64,000 nt of DNA from Macrostomum lignano (GCA_002269645.1 NIVC01000217.1:496001-560000), one strand, 5' to 3'; shown: positions 47,946 to 61,571, counted from the first letter of the stretch. Translations and numbers: made by a program. Notes: generated by a model not told the origin, from the sequence alone.

Positions 47946-49581
47946 GGTGACCGGACATTTCGTCAACCGGCATTTCGTCACCCGGAATTTCGTCAACCGG
48001 CTTTTCGTCAACCAGAAAATGCGAAAACTCAGCAAATTTTAGCTGATTATTATAGCTGAACCAGCCAGAGAAAGTTAGAAGTGGTAAGGCGATGTCAATT
48101 TTTTTAAAAACATGTACACTTCTTGAAAGTAATTTTCGCAGAAACGTTCGTTCCTCAATGGTGTCGCGCCTTGGGGTTGCATCTTGCAGCTGAACAATGC
48201 CTCGCGAGCGTCGGCGAGCTCCAAAATGCCCTGTTTGCATTACACTTTATATATAAATCCATGGTTGTTCATTTGTTTGCATAGGAATACCATGCACATG
48301 GTTTCAATATTTTCGATGATAAAACTTAAATATTGTTGTGTCCCAAGAAGGACCAGCCGGCTTCGTCTCGCGCTCTATACGAGCAGGAAGACTCAGCACC
48401 CAGTCCTGCTGCTTGCCAACCCGCTGTCGGACTAACGCGCAGGCCGGCAACAAGGGTCGCAGCGAACGCACAGGCCCTGGTGACAAGATCCTAAGCACTG
48501 AATCCCAAAAGAAATAAGTATAGGTGACACTTACATTTGCGCAGTTTCGGCACTCGGGCGCTCTGGACGTTCCGGTAGTAAGTACGTTTTATATTAGGCG
48601 CTAGAGGGGGCCGTAGCCCAGCGGTAGCGCAGCTGCTCTGGTGTGCCAGCGACCCAGGCTCGATTCCAAGTGCAGTCACATTAATTTGGGGCTGAATTGG
48701 AATCTCGGCTTGGCTCTGCTCGTGCAATTAACGGCCTTGAGAGCCAACCCCCCAAGGCGCAGAGAAGTGTACATGCCTAACGATAATATAAAGTTAGGGC
48801 CGCTGTACACTCCTGTGTGAGTGTGTGCCTGCGTACGTATCCGCGCGCTTGTATGCCTGCTCAGGGGAGTCGGCGGAATGGGCAGTAATGCCTCTCGCCG
48901 GTTGTGTGCCTATGTCGCTTAAAGTGCTCCAGGGTGCACACAACCCCCCTGACTCTAATAAAAATATATTAGGCGCTATATTGGGCTTGGAATAGCAGGA
49001 GTTGAGAGGGTAGCGAGCAGAAGCGAAACGGAAAGGGGGAAACAACTCACGCAGGAGACACGCCAATAAATAAAAGACAGCTCCAAATGGGGTGGGGTTA
49101 TAGCAGCAGGGTAAGAGAAACGGCAGGGTGGGGCAGACAGAGCGAGAGGGGATTGGCTGCAGCCACGCAGAACGCAAATTGGGGTAGGAAACAAGAGTTA
49201 CAGATGATAGTGACAGCCAATGAGAGGGCGCGGGAGAGAGGGCTAACCATAATCAGGGGTCCGAAATCGCAGACACGGGGTGAGTAAATAAATAAATTAA
49301 TTCATCAACTAGGTCCAGTGCAGTGGCACCACAAAACAGTGTAAAGTACATTATAAAAATAGTTAACAATAAGTTGCGAGCATGGAAGGGGTAGGGAGGG
49401 TTGGCAGAGCGAGAGAGAGAGAGAGAGCTACAGTACGGGCCAGTACATTGAATCACAAGAATATGATAACGTTAACGGCTAACATGAATAATTTTGGCTT
49501 GAACCAAATGTCCGGTTGCCGTAATGCAGGTTGACAAAATACCAGTTGACGAAATGCCTGTTGACGAAATGTCCTGGAACC
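47946..49581. mobile_element. Non-autonomous TIR DNA transposon with 15-bp subterminal repeats and 8-bp TSD
   Basis: Left end GGTGACCGGACATTTCGTCAACCGG..., right end (reverse complement) GGTTCCAGGACATTTCGTCAACAGG...; flanks gtacactt (47938-45) and gtacacat (49582-89). Confidence 0.75.
48606..48962 (+). mobile_element. tRNA-derived SINE family A, full-length copy nested in the TIR element
   Basis: GGGGCCGTAGCCCAGCGGTAGCGC (A box) ... GGCTCGATTCC (B box), family body, A-rich end. Confidence 0.8.
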
Positions 49582-50252
49582 GTACACATTACCTTAGAAC
49601 CGCAAGAACTTTCTAACACATTTTCTCTGGATCTGAAGAATGAAATTAATGGCCATAGCTTGTATTTTCCTCTAGTCTGTCAAATCTTCCCTATCAAACA
49701 CAAAGTTACTATTTAAGCACCTTCTAGAAAAAAATTCTACATCCAATTATCTGAAAACAGACACCTCCAATAAAAAGCATTCGTGTTAGTATCCATGCAT
49801 ACAAGCGCCTGGCACTCCTCAATGCATCAAGGAAATGCATGGAGAAGCACGAAAGCGATAAAATGGAGATTTTCCTGTCAAAAAAATTGGAAATACAGGC
49901 TTTCTAGCTTTTTGCTGGAAGAAAGGAAATCCAAAAATGATTGATGGATCAGTTCTTCATCAACGTCAGCTTCTAGCAACGATGGGAGTGCTAATTGACG
50001 ACAATTTTATGCATCACCATTTACTTCGTCAACTTCCTTTTCACACACTCTCGACTTATGGCTCCATTTATCTCTGCTAGCTTGAAGCAAATCCTACTGC
50101 TTGCAGTGTCAATACATCGTTGCTAACTCATGATGAAATTTTTTGACAGCTTGCTAGTCAGTCAAGTCACGTGCCCATATTTTTCTACATTTTTTTACCA
50201 TTTCGTATCCATTTGTCGGAATCAGTTATTATGAAGGCAACCAGCCCAAACA

Positions 50253-50609
50253 GACTGACTGACTGACTGACTGACTGACTGACTGACTGACTGACTGACT
50301 GACTGACTGACTGACTGACTGACTGACTGACTGACTGACTGACTGACTGACTGACTGACTGACTGACTGACTGACTGACTGACTGACTGACTGACTGACT
50401 GACTGACTGACTGACTGACTGACTTGAGTGAGTGGGTGACTGACTGACTGACTGACTGACTGACTGACTGACTGACTGACTGACTGACTGACTGACTGAC
50501 TGACTGACTGACTGACTGACTGACTGACTGACTGACTGACTGACTGACTGACTGACTGACTGACTGACTGACTAGCTGACTGACTGACTGACTGACTGAC
50601 TGACTGACT
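50253..50609. repeat. (GACT)n microsatellite
   Basis: Read directly; one TGAGTGAGTGGG interruption. Confidence 0.99.
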
Positions 50610-50876
50610 AAATAATTTACTGACAGCAGATTTAGTTATATACTCTGGCTCACTCGTCGCTTAATAACGAGTTAGTAAAAATTATGGTTCGTTATATTTG
50701 TTCGATGACTCTAGCTTCACTGACATACGGAATTGCATGGCAAAAAGTTGTTCTAATTCCATCAACAAAACAAAAGAATATCTAGACTGTTTTTAGTTTT
50801 CTGTAAACTTTCACGCTGTTCAAAAAGATGAACAGCGGTTGCTGTTGCTGTGCCGTTGCTATCCTGGGTCGCGCGC

Positions 50877-51571
50877 TCAGCCACGCACGAAGAGAGTCCA
50901 GTCGGGTCCAGTCAGACTGGCTGGCGGGTAGACAAAGTCCAGCAGGCGGCAGGCGAGCAGCCGCTTGGAGAAAACGGCGGCCTGGCAGTCGGCTCTGGCG
51001 CTGCACTGGAGCAGGCAGTCCGCGTCAGACTGGGCAGCGACAAGATTATAGCGGGTTCTCTTGAATGTGACCGTCAGGTTGCTTGGCTTCACCACCGTGT
51101 AGCTGTTCCAGTCTGAAACTGAATTTTCAAGTCTCAATGAATCGCAGCTGATTTATGGCTTGTCTTGGATGCTCATTGCAGATGAAATATAAAACAACTC
51201 AGTTACTGACCAGGGTAGCTCAGAGCATAAACCGCGTTGCGACCTCCACCTCCGCAGATTTGACTCGAGTTTCCACTGCACGGCCTGTTGCATTCGCTCT
51301 CTTCTCCCTTTCCCTGCGACCCGAAGGAGCTGTCGCAGAAGCACTGAGAAGAAAACTGCACACCGAAATACAGAAAGCTGTCCAGAGAGCAGATGGCGCT
51401 GCAGATCTCAAGCGACATTTCATCGGGGCTATTCAAATTATTACCTTTCATATCTCGCGTTCCGTCAATATAGTCAACATAGCAGCCCACGTAGGAGAAG
51501 TGAACGAACCTGCCGGCCACGCAGGCGAGCAGGGCACAGAGAAAAACCGGTAGGCAAGGCGTGTCGGCCAT
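50877..51571 (-). CDS. Secreted WSC + PAN/Apple-like protein, copy 4 (exons 51571-51211, 51112-50877)
   Basis: MADTPCLPVFLCALLACVAG signal peptide, WSC motif, phase-1 intron (g|gtcag...tttcag|ac) and PAN-like exon. Confidence 0.85.
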
Positions 51572-51634
51572 GACTACTAGGGACGCCAAAACTGGAAGCC
51601 GAGATGCGCTATGAGACGCAAATAAGCGAAAGGG

Positions 51635-51707
51635 TTTTATAGCCCTTTATCCCCGCTACCGTGGATGAATCAACCAATAGATGTAGGGCTTTATTTTTTA
51701 GACCAAT
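51635..51707 (-). promoter_or_regulatory. TATAAAA plus two CCAAT boxes upstream of copy 4
   Basis: TATAAAA at 51641-35 (64 nt above the ATG); CCAAT at 51674-78 and 51703-07; same layout at 58735-58805. Confidence 0.5.
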
Positions 51708-52279
51708 GGCGATTCGCTTTTGTACCTAAATCGTACTGGCTGTGCTGTGCCATAATCTGTGCGTGCTTTACTGTAAATTTCTATTCGTTTGAGCCCCGCT
51801 ATCGATGTAGATTATGGGCTAGTTTAATCGCCAGCACTGAGAATACATTTATTTGAAAATAAAAAGGTTTAAAAAACTTTACTCCCTTTACATCGCCTTC
51901 AAACGAGCCAGCGAATCGTACTAATGATGTACAATGCTGCACAAATTAAATTCTGAGTAATAACACTTTTTTGTCTGGTTTTGATATTATTTTCTACGGT
52001 CTACGTTCTACTGTTAGGGAACTTTGCCTGTAAGGAGAGTGTCAGCAGCAGTTTACCTGTCGCAGAATATCATTCCCCTGTGACCCTGTGCCCGTATTCC
52101 TTCTTGAATTAAAAGACATTCACAAAAGATTTAAAGTTGGTGAAGTTGACCCTAAACGGTTTTGGTGCTTTGCGATACAGACTCTGAGGAAGTCCTAATT
52201 TGCCGCTGAGAGGCACTACCACGAGCTACCAAAATGTGGTCCAGAAAAATTATGATGACGGAGGCGCGTCTGGCACCGT

Positions 52280-53100
52280 CAAAACATACTGGAAAGCCGA
52301 TCAAAGTACGTCGTAGTAAACGCCGATAAAACCCCGAGAGTTGCACCGATCGTTGCTGACAAACACCACTCAAACACAGGTGGCTTGGAACTTGTACACA
52401 ACGGCTTTGCCCCTCTCGGGACGGCCACAAAGCACGTTCTGACTGCTGGCCAGACCAAACGGCCGAGAACAGTCATCCGCTGTCACAAAGTCGCTCTCAT
52501 ACGTGATACACCTGCAGTAAAACAAATCAGAAAGCATTTTCAGGCTGGTCGTTTCATAGCGAACCCAGCTTGGAATTCATAATTTGTAAAATATTTTTTC
52601 CGTCTACAGTTTACTCTGCTTGCGATTACAAGCGTAAAGAGTTAAACAGAAATTGCGATCAACAGGTTGATAGAATCGTTTTTTCTGCGGCGAACCCGAT
52701 GCATTGAAATCTTTCATGAGTCCGGAATTCGATAACTTTGAGCTCTACGATATCTTTGTTCATAGTTAATTAGCTCTTACTCGTAAACATATTTAATTAG
52801 ACCTTATTTATTTGGCTAGTTATAATATGACGCTATAATATATATTTTTATTGCTTAAGAAGCCCCGTACCAAGATGAATAGTTACGTCCTTCTACGCTC
52901 GTAGATATCTCCCTGTCAAAGTTAGTCAACTCAATACGGGCAACCTCGTGCGGCCCAGCTCAAAATATATAAGTGCAGGAGGGCTGTTCAGGGTAGGCGT
53001 AAGGGTGTCGTTAGACTTAGGGCTTGAGAAATTTCCTCGGTTCTTATGAGATTTAAACGCAAAAACGAGATCAGGTTGCGCGTGCAATTAAAGCAGTGAG
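52280..53100 (-). pseudogene. Duplicated, disrupted last CUB-domain exons of the gene at 61572-64000
   Basis: CITYESDFVTADDCSRPFGLASSQNVLCGRPERGKAVVYKFQATCV* parallels exon 62097-61883; 52870-53100 parallels exon 62659-62443; stop codon and indels. Confidence 0.82.
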
Positions 53101-54379
53101 ACGAAGTCAAGGCAGTTGGCAGGAGAGGCGCAGGTTCGAGCCTGGCCCTATTGTACGAGTATTTGAGCGTATTTATTTACTTTATTTTAAAGGACTTAAA
53201 AGACAAAAAAAAATCAATACGCGCTTGGCGGGTCAGCTACAGCCCGCATCGCATTAAATAAATGCCACACAAGCCGCGGGCAAGTGACCAAGGCCCGGCC
53301 CACCACCCCCGCACCAACGCCCAAGAGCCACACCCACTGGTTTAACACCCAACCAAGCTACGCCCGGTCGGAACATCAAAGTAGCAGCTGGATGGCCAGA
53401 CTTTATGCACCGGAATGCACCGGAATCAGTCGGAGTCGTTGATCTAGAGAGTCTGGCGCAGCTTGGTGGCTTGCAAATGAATATAGTCGGAGATGGTACG
53501 AGAGAAATCGGTCCGGTGCACGGAGTGCAAAGCTAACTGAAGCAAATAACCATACGATCCACAAAGTAGAAAATTAATCAACTAACTTCGGTCGTGCGCT
53601 TGAGGCAATGTGGGGTACTTCGAAGTACGATTGTTGATGACTTGGCGTGGATAGATGCTTGCTCTGCCGACTTTCAGCTCTTTTCTTTAGCGCAGGGCAC
53701 CCAGAAACAGTGCAACAGCCTCTTTGTGTGATCGTCGGAAATTTGCAAGCGTTTTCTAGCTTTTCTACTTTTAGTAGCCATAAGAGATATGAACATAAGA
53801 AATGAGAAGAGATGAACTTCACTGGTAGGAACAAAATATCTATATGCGCTTTAGCGGGAGACTTCCTGAATTAACGCAGACATTTCCATTTGACAACCTC
53901 AGAACGCTGTCTTTATCCGTGTTAATCTTACTTTAGAGCTACTACCCAAGCTTTCTCAAATTTTTATTTGAGGATTAATGCTACATGTACATGAAAAACT
54001 AGCATTGCTCATTTCTTATATATATTTATATCAGTTGAACTTAGCTGTCGAACTTATTCAGTCTATCAAATGCTGTATTGAAATCTACGAGCTATGTTCG
54101 TCACAGAGAGTTTATGGCTTCTAAAAAGAGATGCATTTTCATCTTCATTACGCTCGTAACCTGAAAAATTACGCCTCGAGTAAAAAGTGAGAGCGATGCA
54201 GTGTTCAAGTTTCAAAAAGGCACTAATATCACTATTGTCGAAAAATATCAGAGGCACCGAAAGCATTGCAGTAGATTATTCCAGCTAGAGCTTCGAGAGT
54301 CAAAGCCGCTGCCCAGTCTGACGCTGACTGCCTGCTTCTATCAGAGTCGACTGGAAAAAAGAAAAGTTTGACGCTTTTC

Positions 54380-54662
54380 GCTCCAAAACCGGACCTCTCG
54401 GACATTTTCAGGCCCGAGAATCTCAGCCAGCTCGTCCGCTACTGGTACTTGGGCTACCGGGCGAGCGACTATCTACCTCCTAGAATCTCCTAGAATCTCT
54501 GGAGGGGAACCGCGCTGCAGACACTGGCACCAACGGATCTCCCTGCGTGGAACCGCAGCATTAGATGCTCGTGGTCGCCAGAGGTTAGCGGAATGGGCGG
54601 CGGCGCCTTACCGCTGTATCTGGATGCCCGCAATCCCCTGCAGCTGAGTCAAGTAAGCCAAG
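54380..54662 (+). mobile_element. Shorter, diverged copy of the LINE 3' end at 27161-27612
   Basis: ccggacctctcggacattttcaggccc...ctaccgggcgagcgac...gtggtcgccag...gtcaagtaag. Confidence 0.75.
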
Positions 54663-56440
54663 ACTCTCTCCATTTGTTGCTAAGTGGCGACTTAGGATAG
54701 CAACAGCACACAACAGCAATTACTTTTTGTCTTTTTTTCCAAGATGTTGTTATTGGAAAAAATACAACCATCACTATGTATTTCTTAAGTCTGAAGACTG
54801 CGGTTTATGCTGAGCGTGAAAACGAAGGGCCCAAACTGGCCAAGTTAGCGATGTATATTTTGTGAGGTTCTAAAAAACTAAGACGTACATACAATGACGT
54901 AGTTGCCATTCACAGACCTCACGGGACGCTGTCTGAATCTGATTCTGAATCTCTATTATCAGAAAACTGACACCTCGAATAAAAAGCATTCGTGCTATTA
55001 TCTTGACAGGCAAGAAAATGTCACAGGGCGAGTTTCAGGGCCTGGGCGCGAACGTAGGCCGCACCGCTGGCAGTGTCCGGGACTCCAGCATCAGCCGGCA
55101 GGCAGTCGAGGAAGCACCGAGTGCGCGCCTTTCCTCGCCGGTAGGGTGCCTGCAACGTCAGAGACAACTCCTCCAGCACCGGTTGCGGGTAGCAGGGCTC
55201 AACTCGATTATACTATCGTATAACTAATAACTAATAACTTTATACTACAGTATAAACTAAGAACTAATAAGCGTTCCGGACGTCGATTCAAAGCAGCCGG
55301 TCAGATAAGGAGCCTCGGTCCAATCAGCGCTCCAATTCCTCCACGGCCTCACGGCCTCGTTGGTCCGTCGACGTGTACCAGCGGGTTCCTCCGTCCCCTT
55401 GGTCCTCACAGTGAATTCCCAGGTCGTCTCTGATGTACACCTCATGCAGGGAGATGATTTCGCCAGGCGGCCTTGAGAGTACGGCAGCTGTGGTACTGAG
55501 CGTGCCCTGTGGTACGGCTGGGGCTCGATGGCAGCGAGTCTCACGGTCACTGACGCCACCCAGAAGATTCGCATGAACCAGCGGGGCAGCATCTCGGCGG
55601 ACAGCACTATGCTTCGTTGCCCTCGCTTGGTCCTGCCACTGTTGGCCGCCGCAGCAGTTAAGCGCGGCTCTCAACTTTACCACGTGGAGGTCGCAGCATC
55701 TATTTGCAATCAACTCGAAAGTCTGAAAATATAATAAGCCTCCTAGTATCCATGCCAGTTCCATACTGCGCCTCGTACTCAGCAGCGCATCAAGACAAGT
55801 GTGGAGAAGCATATAGGTGACAAAAAACTCTGTTCAAATATTGGAAGCACCGAAAACGTAACCGGCATGTTCTTCCCTCCAGAAAGAAAATGTGAAATCC
55901 ACTAAGTTTGATGGGATCAGTTCTTCATCAGTGGGATAACATCCAGCAGCGATTAAAGTGCAACTTTAATGCATTTGACGAAAATTTTATGCATCTCCAT
56001 TTACTTTTATTTTTTACACAGTCTCGACTAAAGGCTGTTATTTTATTTGATAGTCTGAAGCAAAGCCTCTTGCTTACGGTGTCAATACATTGCTGATGGC
56101 TCATGATGAAAATTTTCGTTTGAGAGCATATCATTTGTTGGAGTCGGCTATTACTGGGGACGTGGCAGACGTGACGAGGATTGGGCCAGGGACAGAAATT
56201 TATCGTAATAAGAGAACAGACACCATAAAATTATAGAAAAATATTCCGGAAACAGGACGTTACAGCGCGTTATGTATTATAAATGGAATTCACATTAAAA
56301 CTCGTAATTTTTCCGCATAAATCGATTCACTAAGTTTTAAATCCCAGTCAATAGATTCACAGTCAGTGAATACCCAGTGTGTGAGCATTCCACTCAGCAG
56401 AGTCCAAAGTGAGCAAAATGCACTTTGAAATGAAATCTTT

Positions 56441-57732
56441 GACTGACTGACTGACTGACTGACTGACTGACTGACTGACTGACTGACTGACTGACTGACT
56501 GACTGACTGACTGACTGACTGACTGACTGACTGACTGACTTGAGTGAGTGGGTGACTGACTGACTGACTGACTGACTGACTGACTGACTTGAGTGAGTGG
56601 GTGACTGACTGACTGACTGACTGACTGACTGACTGACTGACTGACTGACTGACTGACTGACTGACTGACTTGAGTGAGTGGGTGACTGACTGACTGACTG
56701 ACTGACTGACTGACTGACTGACTGACTGACTGACTGACTGACTGACTGACTGACTGACTGACTGACTGACTGACTGACTGACTGACTGACTGACTGACTG
56801 ACTTGAGTGAGTGGGTGACTGACTGACTGACTGACTGACTGACTGACTGACTGACTGACTGACTGACTGACTGACTGACTGACTGACTGACTGACTGACT
56901 GACTGACTGACTGACTGACTTGAGTGAGTGGGTGACTGACTGACTGACTGACTTGAGTGAGTGGGTGACTGACTGACTGACTGACTGACTGACTGACTGA
57001 CTGACTGACTGACTTGAGTGAGTGGGTGACTGACTGACTGACTGACTGACTGACTGACTGACTGACTGACTGACTGACTGACTTGAGTGAGTGGGTGACT
57101 GACTGACTGACTGACTTGAGTGAGTGGGTGACTGACTGACTGACTGACTGACTGACTGACTGACTGACTGACTGACTGACTGACTGACTGACTGACTGAC
57201 TGACTGACTGACTGACTGACTGACTGACTGACTTGAGTGAGTGGGTGACTGACTGACTGACTGACTGACTGACTGACTGACTGACTTGAGTGAGTGGGTG
57301 ACTGACTGACTGACTGACTGACTGACTGACTGACTGACTGACTGACTTGAGTGAGTGGGTGACTGACTGACTGACTGACTGACTGACTGACTGACTGACT
57401 GACTGACTGACTTGAGTGAGTGGGTGACTGACTGACTGACTGACTGACTGACTGACTGACTGACTGACTGACTGACTGACTGACTGACTGACTGACTGAC
57501 TGACTGACTGACTGACTGACTGACTGACTGACTGACTGACTGACTGACTGACTGACTGACTGACTGACTGACTGACTGACTGACTGACTGACTGACTGAC
57601 TGACTGACTGACTGACTGACTGACTGACTGACTGACTGACTGACTGACTGACTGACTGACTGACTGACTGACTGACTGACTGACTGACTGACTGACTGAC
57701 TGACTGACTGACTGACTGACTGACTGACTGAC
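56441..57732. repeat. (GACT)n microsatellite with about a dozen TGAGTGAGTGGG interruptions
   Basis: Read directly. Confidence 0.99.
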
Positions 57733-57986
57733 AGCAGATTTAGTTATATACTCTGGGTCACTCGTCGCTCAATAGAGAGTAGTAAAAATGAAGGCTTGTT
57801 ATATTTGATCGATAACTCTAGCTTCACCGACATACCAAATTGCATCACAAAAAGTTGTTCAAATTTAATCAACAAATCCTGATTAAGATTTTGGAGTGTT
57901 CTTAGCTTTCTGTAAAACTTCACGCCTGTTCAAAAAGATAAACAGCAACTGCTGTTGCTATGCCGTTCCTATCCTGGGTCGCGCGC

Positions 57987-58671
57987 TCAGCCCCGCACGA
58001 AGAGAGTCCAGTCGGGTCCGGTCAGGCTGGCTGGCGGGTAGACAAAGTCCAGCAGGCGGCAGGCGAGCAGCCGCTTGGAGAAAACGGCGGCCTGGCAGTC
58101 GGCTCTGGCGCTGCACTGGAGCAGGCAGTCCGCGTCAGACTGGGCAGCGACAAGCGAGTAGCGGGTTCTCTTGAATGTGACCGTCAGGTTGCTTGGCTTC
58201 ACCACCGTGTAGCTGTTCCAGTCTGAAACTGAATTGAAGAGTCCCGATGTGCCAGTTGTTTCATGGCATGTCTTGGTTGATTTATTGCAAATGAAGAATA
58301 AGACACTCAGTTACTGACCAGGGTAGCTCAGAGCATACACCGAGTTGCGATCTGCATCTCCGCAGATTTGACTCCAGTTTCCCCTGCACGGCCTGTTGCA
58401 GTCGCTCTCTTTTCCCTTTCCTTGCAACCCGAAGGAGCTGTCGCAGTAGCACTCCGTGGAAAACTGCACAACAAAATACGGGAAGCTGCTCTGAGCGCAG
58501 ATGCCACTGCAGATCTCAAGCGACATTTTCGAGGCTACCAATGCCTTTCATGTCTCGAACACTGCCAGTGTTATCAACATAGCAGCCCACGTAGGAGAAT
58601 TAAACGAATCTGCCTGCCACGCAGGTGAGGAGAGCACAGAGAAGAACCGGTAGGCGAGACGCGTCGGCCAT
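57987..58671 (-). pseudogene. WSC + PAN/Apple-like copy 5, pseudogene (exons 58671-58319, 58222-57987)
   Basis: Close paralog of copy 4; TAA at 58602-58600 replaces His in RFVHFSY, and a frameshift near 58530 precedes MSLEIC. Confidence 0.85.
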
Positions 58672-59607
58672 GACTGCTAGAGACACCACACCTGGGAGCC
58701 GAGATGCGGCATGAGACGCAAATACAAGAAAGGGTTTTATAGCCGTTTATTCCCACTATTTAGTTTGAATCAACCAATGGTGCAGAGCTATGTTTTTAGG
58801 CCAATGCGAGCTGCTTGGTATCGAAATGGTAGATTATATAATCTTGTCTCATCAAGTTAGTTTGCTTGAAATAAATTGAATGCAAAGTTGCATTACCGGT
58901 AGATGAATGCAGGAATACAGAACATGCGATTTGCAAGCTTCTGTAGTCCGCTCCACACAAGCTTAATTTGGAAACATATCTGCAATATTATCTATACAGG
59001 TGCGGACAGCGGCAAAGTTCGATCCAATTTTGCTCGTTTTTGAAGCGGATCCCTCAACCGGATAGCCAGGTAGCTCTTGGGTAGCCGACGAGCTTGCAGA
59101 GATTCTCGCGTCGGGAAACGTCGAAGAGAACCGGCTTTAAGAGGAGGCGACACAGAAAGAACCCTCATAAGAGGGATTTTTGATTGGAGACTGTTTTGCT
59201 TGATTCTCCAAGTAGTACGTTGTGTTGTACCATAACCCGTAGACTGTAGTGTAAGTTTAGAGTCATCTGAACCCGCCTATCGATGGACATGGCGTCTGGA
59301 TCATGGGCCATTTCCCTTGCCAGCACTGAAACCAAATATTTACTCACATACATGCATTATAGTAAAACAGAATAAAACTTTATTTCGTTTACACCTCCAT
59401 AAATTGAGTATCAAATCGCTCAACTGATGGACAATGCTATACAAATTAAGGCACAAGTAACCAAAATTTTGTCTCGTTTTGATCGGTGCGAACAAGCCTT
59501 AAGAGAATGTTCTTTGCGGCATTTCGGCCGAGCATTGGGCGATGCGATTACATCGTCACGTTGAGAAACAACACGATATTTTTGTTCGTCGTTTTAAATG
59601 TCATAAA

Positions 59608-59860
59608 CACAGAGGCAGGGGATGCTTAGCTTTCAGTTAGAGGCAGGGGGCTGTGTGCACTTTGAGCGTCATTCAAACAACCAGCGAGAGGCATTGCTGC
59701 CCATTCCACCGACTCCCCTGAGCAGGCACACAAACGCGCGGATACGTACGCAGTCATACGCACTGGAAAAACACATTCACAGGACCCTAATTTTACGAGC
59801 TATTCAACGTTCGGAGTGTACACCTCAACGTGCTTCGTGGGTTGGCCCTCAAGGGCGTTA
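59608..59860 (-). mobile_element. Partial SINE family A copy
   Basis: gttagaggcagggggctg...gcgagaggcattgctgcccattcc..actcccctgagcaggcacac matches 41642-41790. Confidence 0.75.
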
Positions 59861-61571
59861 ATTTTACGAACAGTGATGGTTAGGTTGGTGACTGCCATGA
59901 ACAGAGGTGAGTTAGGAGGATAATTCGGTAACATATGGCTGAAATACCACTACGAAGTCACTTCGTTACACCATCATAATTGCAGATGATGAGCTGCTTT
60001 TCGAATTCGTTGACATGATACCTTAAAGCGCTTTGTCTAGCGCACAAATTCTAATAGTATGCGCAGTCTAACCTTTAAAACAAAAATATTAGTTTTTTTA
60101 ATTATGAAAGTCAAATTAGTAGATAAGTAACGCGTACTTCAGTAATTTTTATTTGAATGTAAGCCATCATTTTTCGAAATCATAGCATGTCAATGTGCTA
60201 AAAACGTTAGAATGTGCTCAAGTTGCATCGTGTATCGAATATCTTCGTAGGCAATGCGCTTCATTGACACTTGGGCAGCACAGATAGAAAAAAACATATT
60301 TTAGAAAATTTTAAGTCAAATCGCGGTTGTTTCTCCTAGTTTCAGATTATCACAAATATAATTTGCTGAAAACTGGAAAACTATTGAAAACATTTTTGCA
60401 ATTGATTACAATCTGTTTCTACAAATTCGAGGCTGTCAACGACAATAAATAAAATAAGAGACTATAGCTAGCAACGCATGAATGTACAACATTTACACAA
60501 TTACACAATTAGTGACAGTGGATTACATGGCTGCATAATGTAAATATTTGTGGCTTATTTATCTGAGCATTAAAGCAATACAATAACGGGCTTCATTTTA
60601 TAGAGTGCATTTAACAACAATAACTGCAATAGAGGATACAATATATTTTAAATGCTTTGCACTGGTATCATGCAATTTTTATTATTTAATACTTAGGTTA
60701 CTGCTACTAGTAATACATTTGAGTTCAAGTTTTTAGTCGTAATGCCCAACAATTCGAGTTTCGAAAAATTATTTTGAAAGTTTACAGCTTTCTACTAAAA
60801 AGAGACTAAAAATCTTATAATCTTTACTGCGCCAGCGTCGGGTACTGGTAGTGAATAATTTAGGTTCTAACGTTTAGGTTCTTTTAGTGACAAGTGTCAC
60901 CCACTCAAAAACAAAAAGATCTTAACAAAATCATTTATAGACATAAATCCGTTATCGTTGACGTTAAAAAAGTCCGGATTTTTCGATTTTGTTCTTGTAG
61001 ACGATCTTACTAGATCCAAGAACATACCCTTGTTGATTCATTTTTTGTTCATTATACCTTCACTATCAAAGAAGTGAACTAATTTGACCATATTCTCTTA
61101 ACTATCAAAGAAAATATAGCTTTTGCCATATGGGACTGAAAAAACATATCGTGCCCCTTTTTGCAGAAGCTTTTGCGCATACAAAAAAGGACTCAGCAGG
61201 TCACTCTGCCTAGCCGCCCCCTTGATGGCGCCCATTGGGAATGGCGACACTAAAAAAAGGCCCCTATTCCATAACTTATTTATTTCCAATTTTGGGAATT
61301 TCACGATAGTTGTTATCAATTATCAATTGATAGTTGTTATCAATTAGAGAGTGTTTGCACTCTCTGAAGCATTACGCTCCTATCATGTTACTCGTTTTAT
61401 CAATAAGAGCGAAACTTTATGGGAATTAGTTAATCAGTTAGTTAAAAAAATTAACGACAGTACGTTAACGTTAGCTAATGGAAAATGCCCAACACTGTTT
61501 GGCGGTAAGGCCAACTAGTTTAGAACCTATGTGCCTTTGTTGACTCATTGTAAACTAAAATATGAAGACAA

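Noticed and set aside
48606-48680. Functional tRNA gene
   Set aside because: No complete acceptor stem, and it continues into a multi-copy SINE body; the same holds for 45110-45188.
55257-55812. Host gene from overlapping 116- and 162-aa ORFs
   Set aside because: No domain recognised; weak resemblance to a degenerate RTE-type LINE C-terminus, too weak to call.
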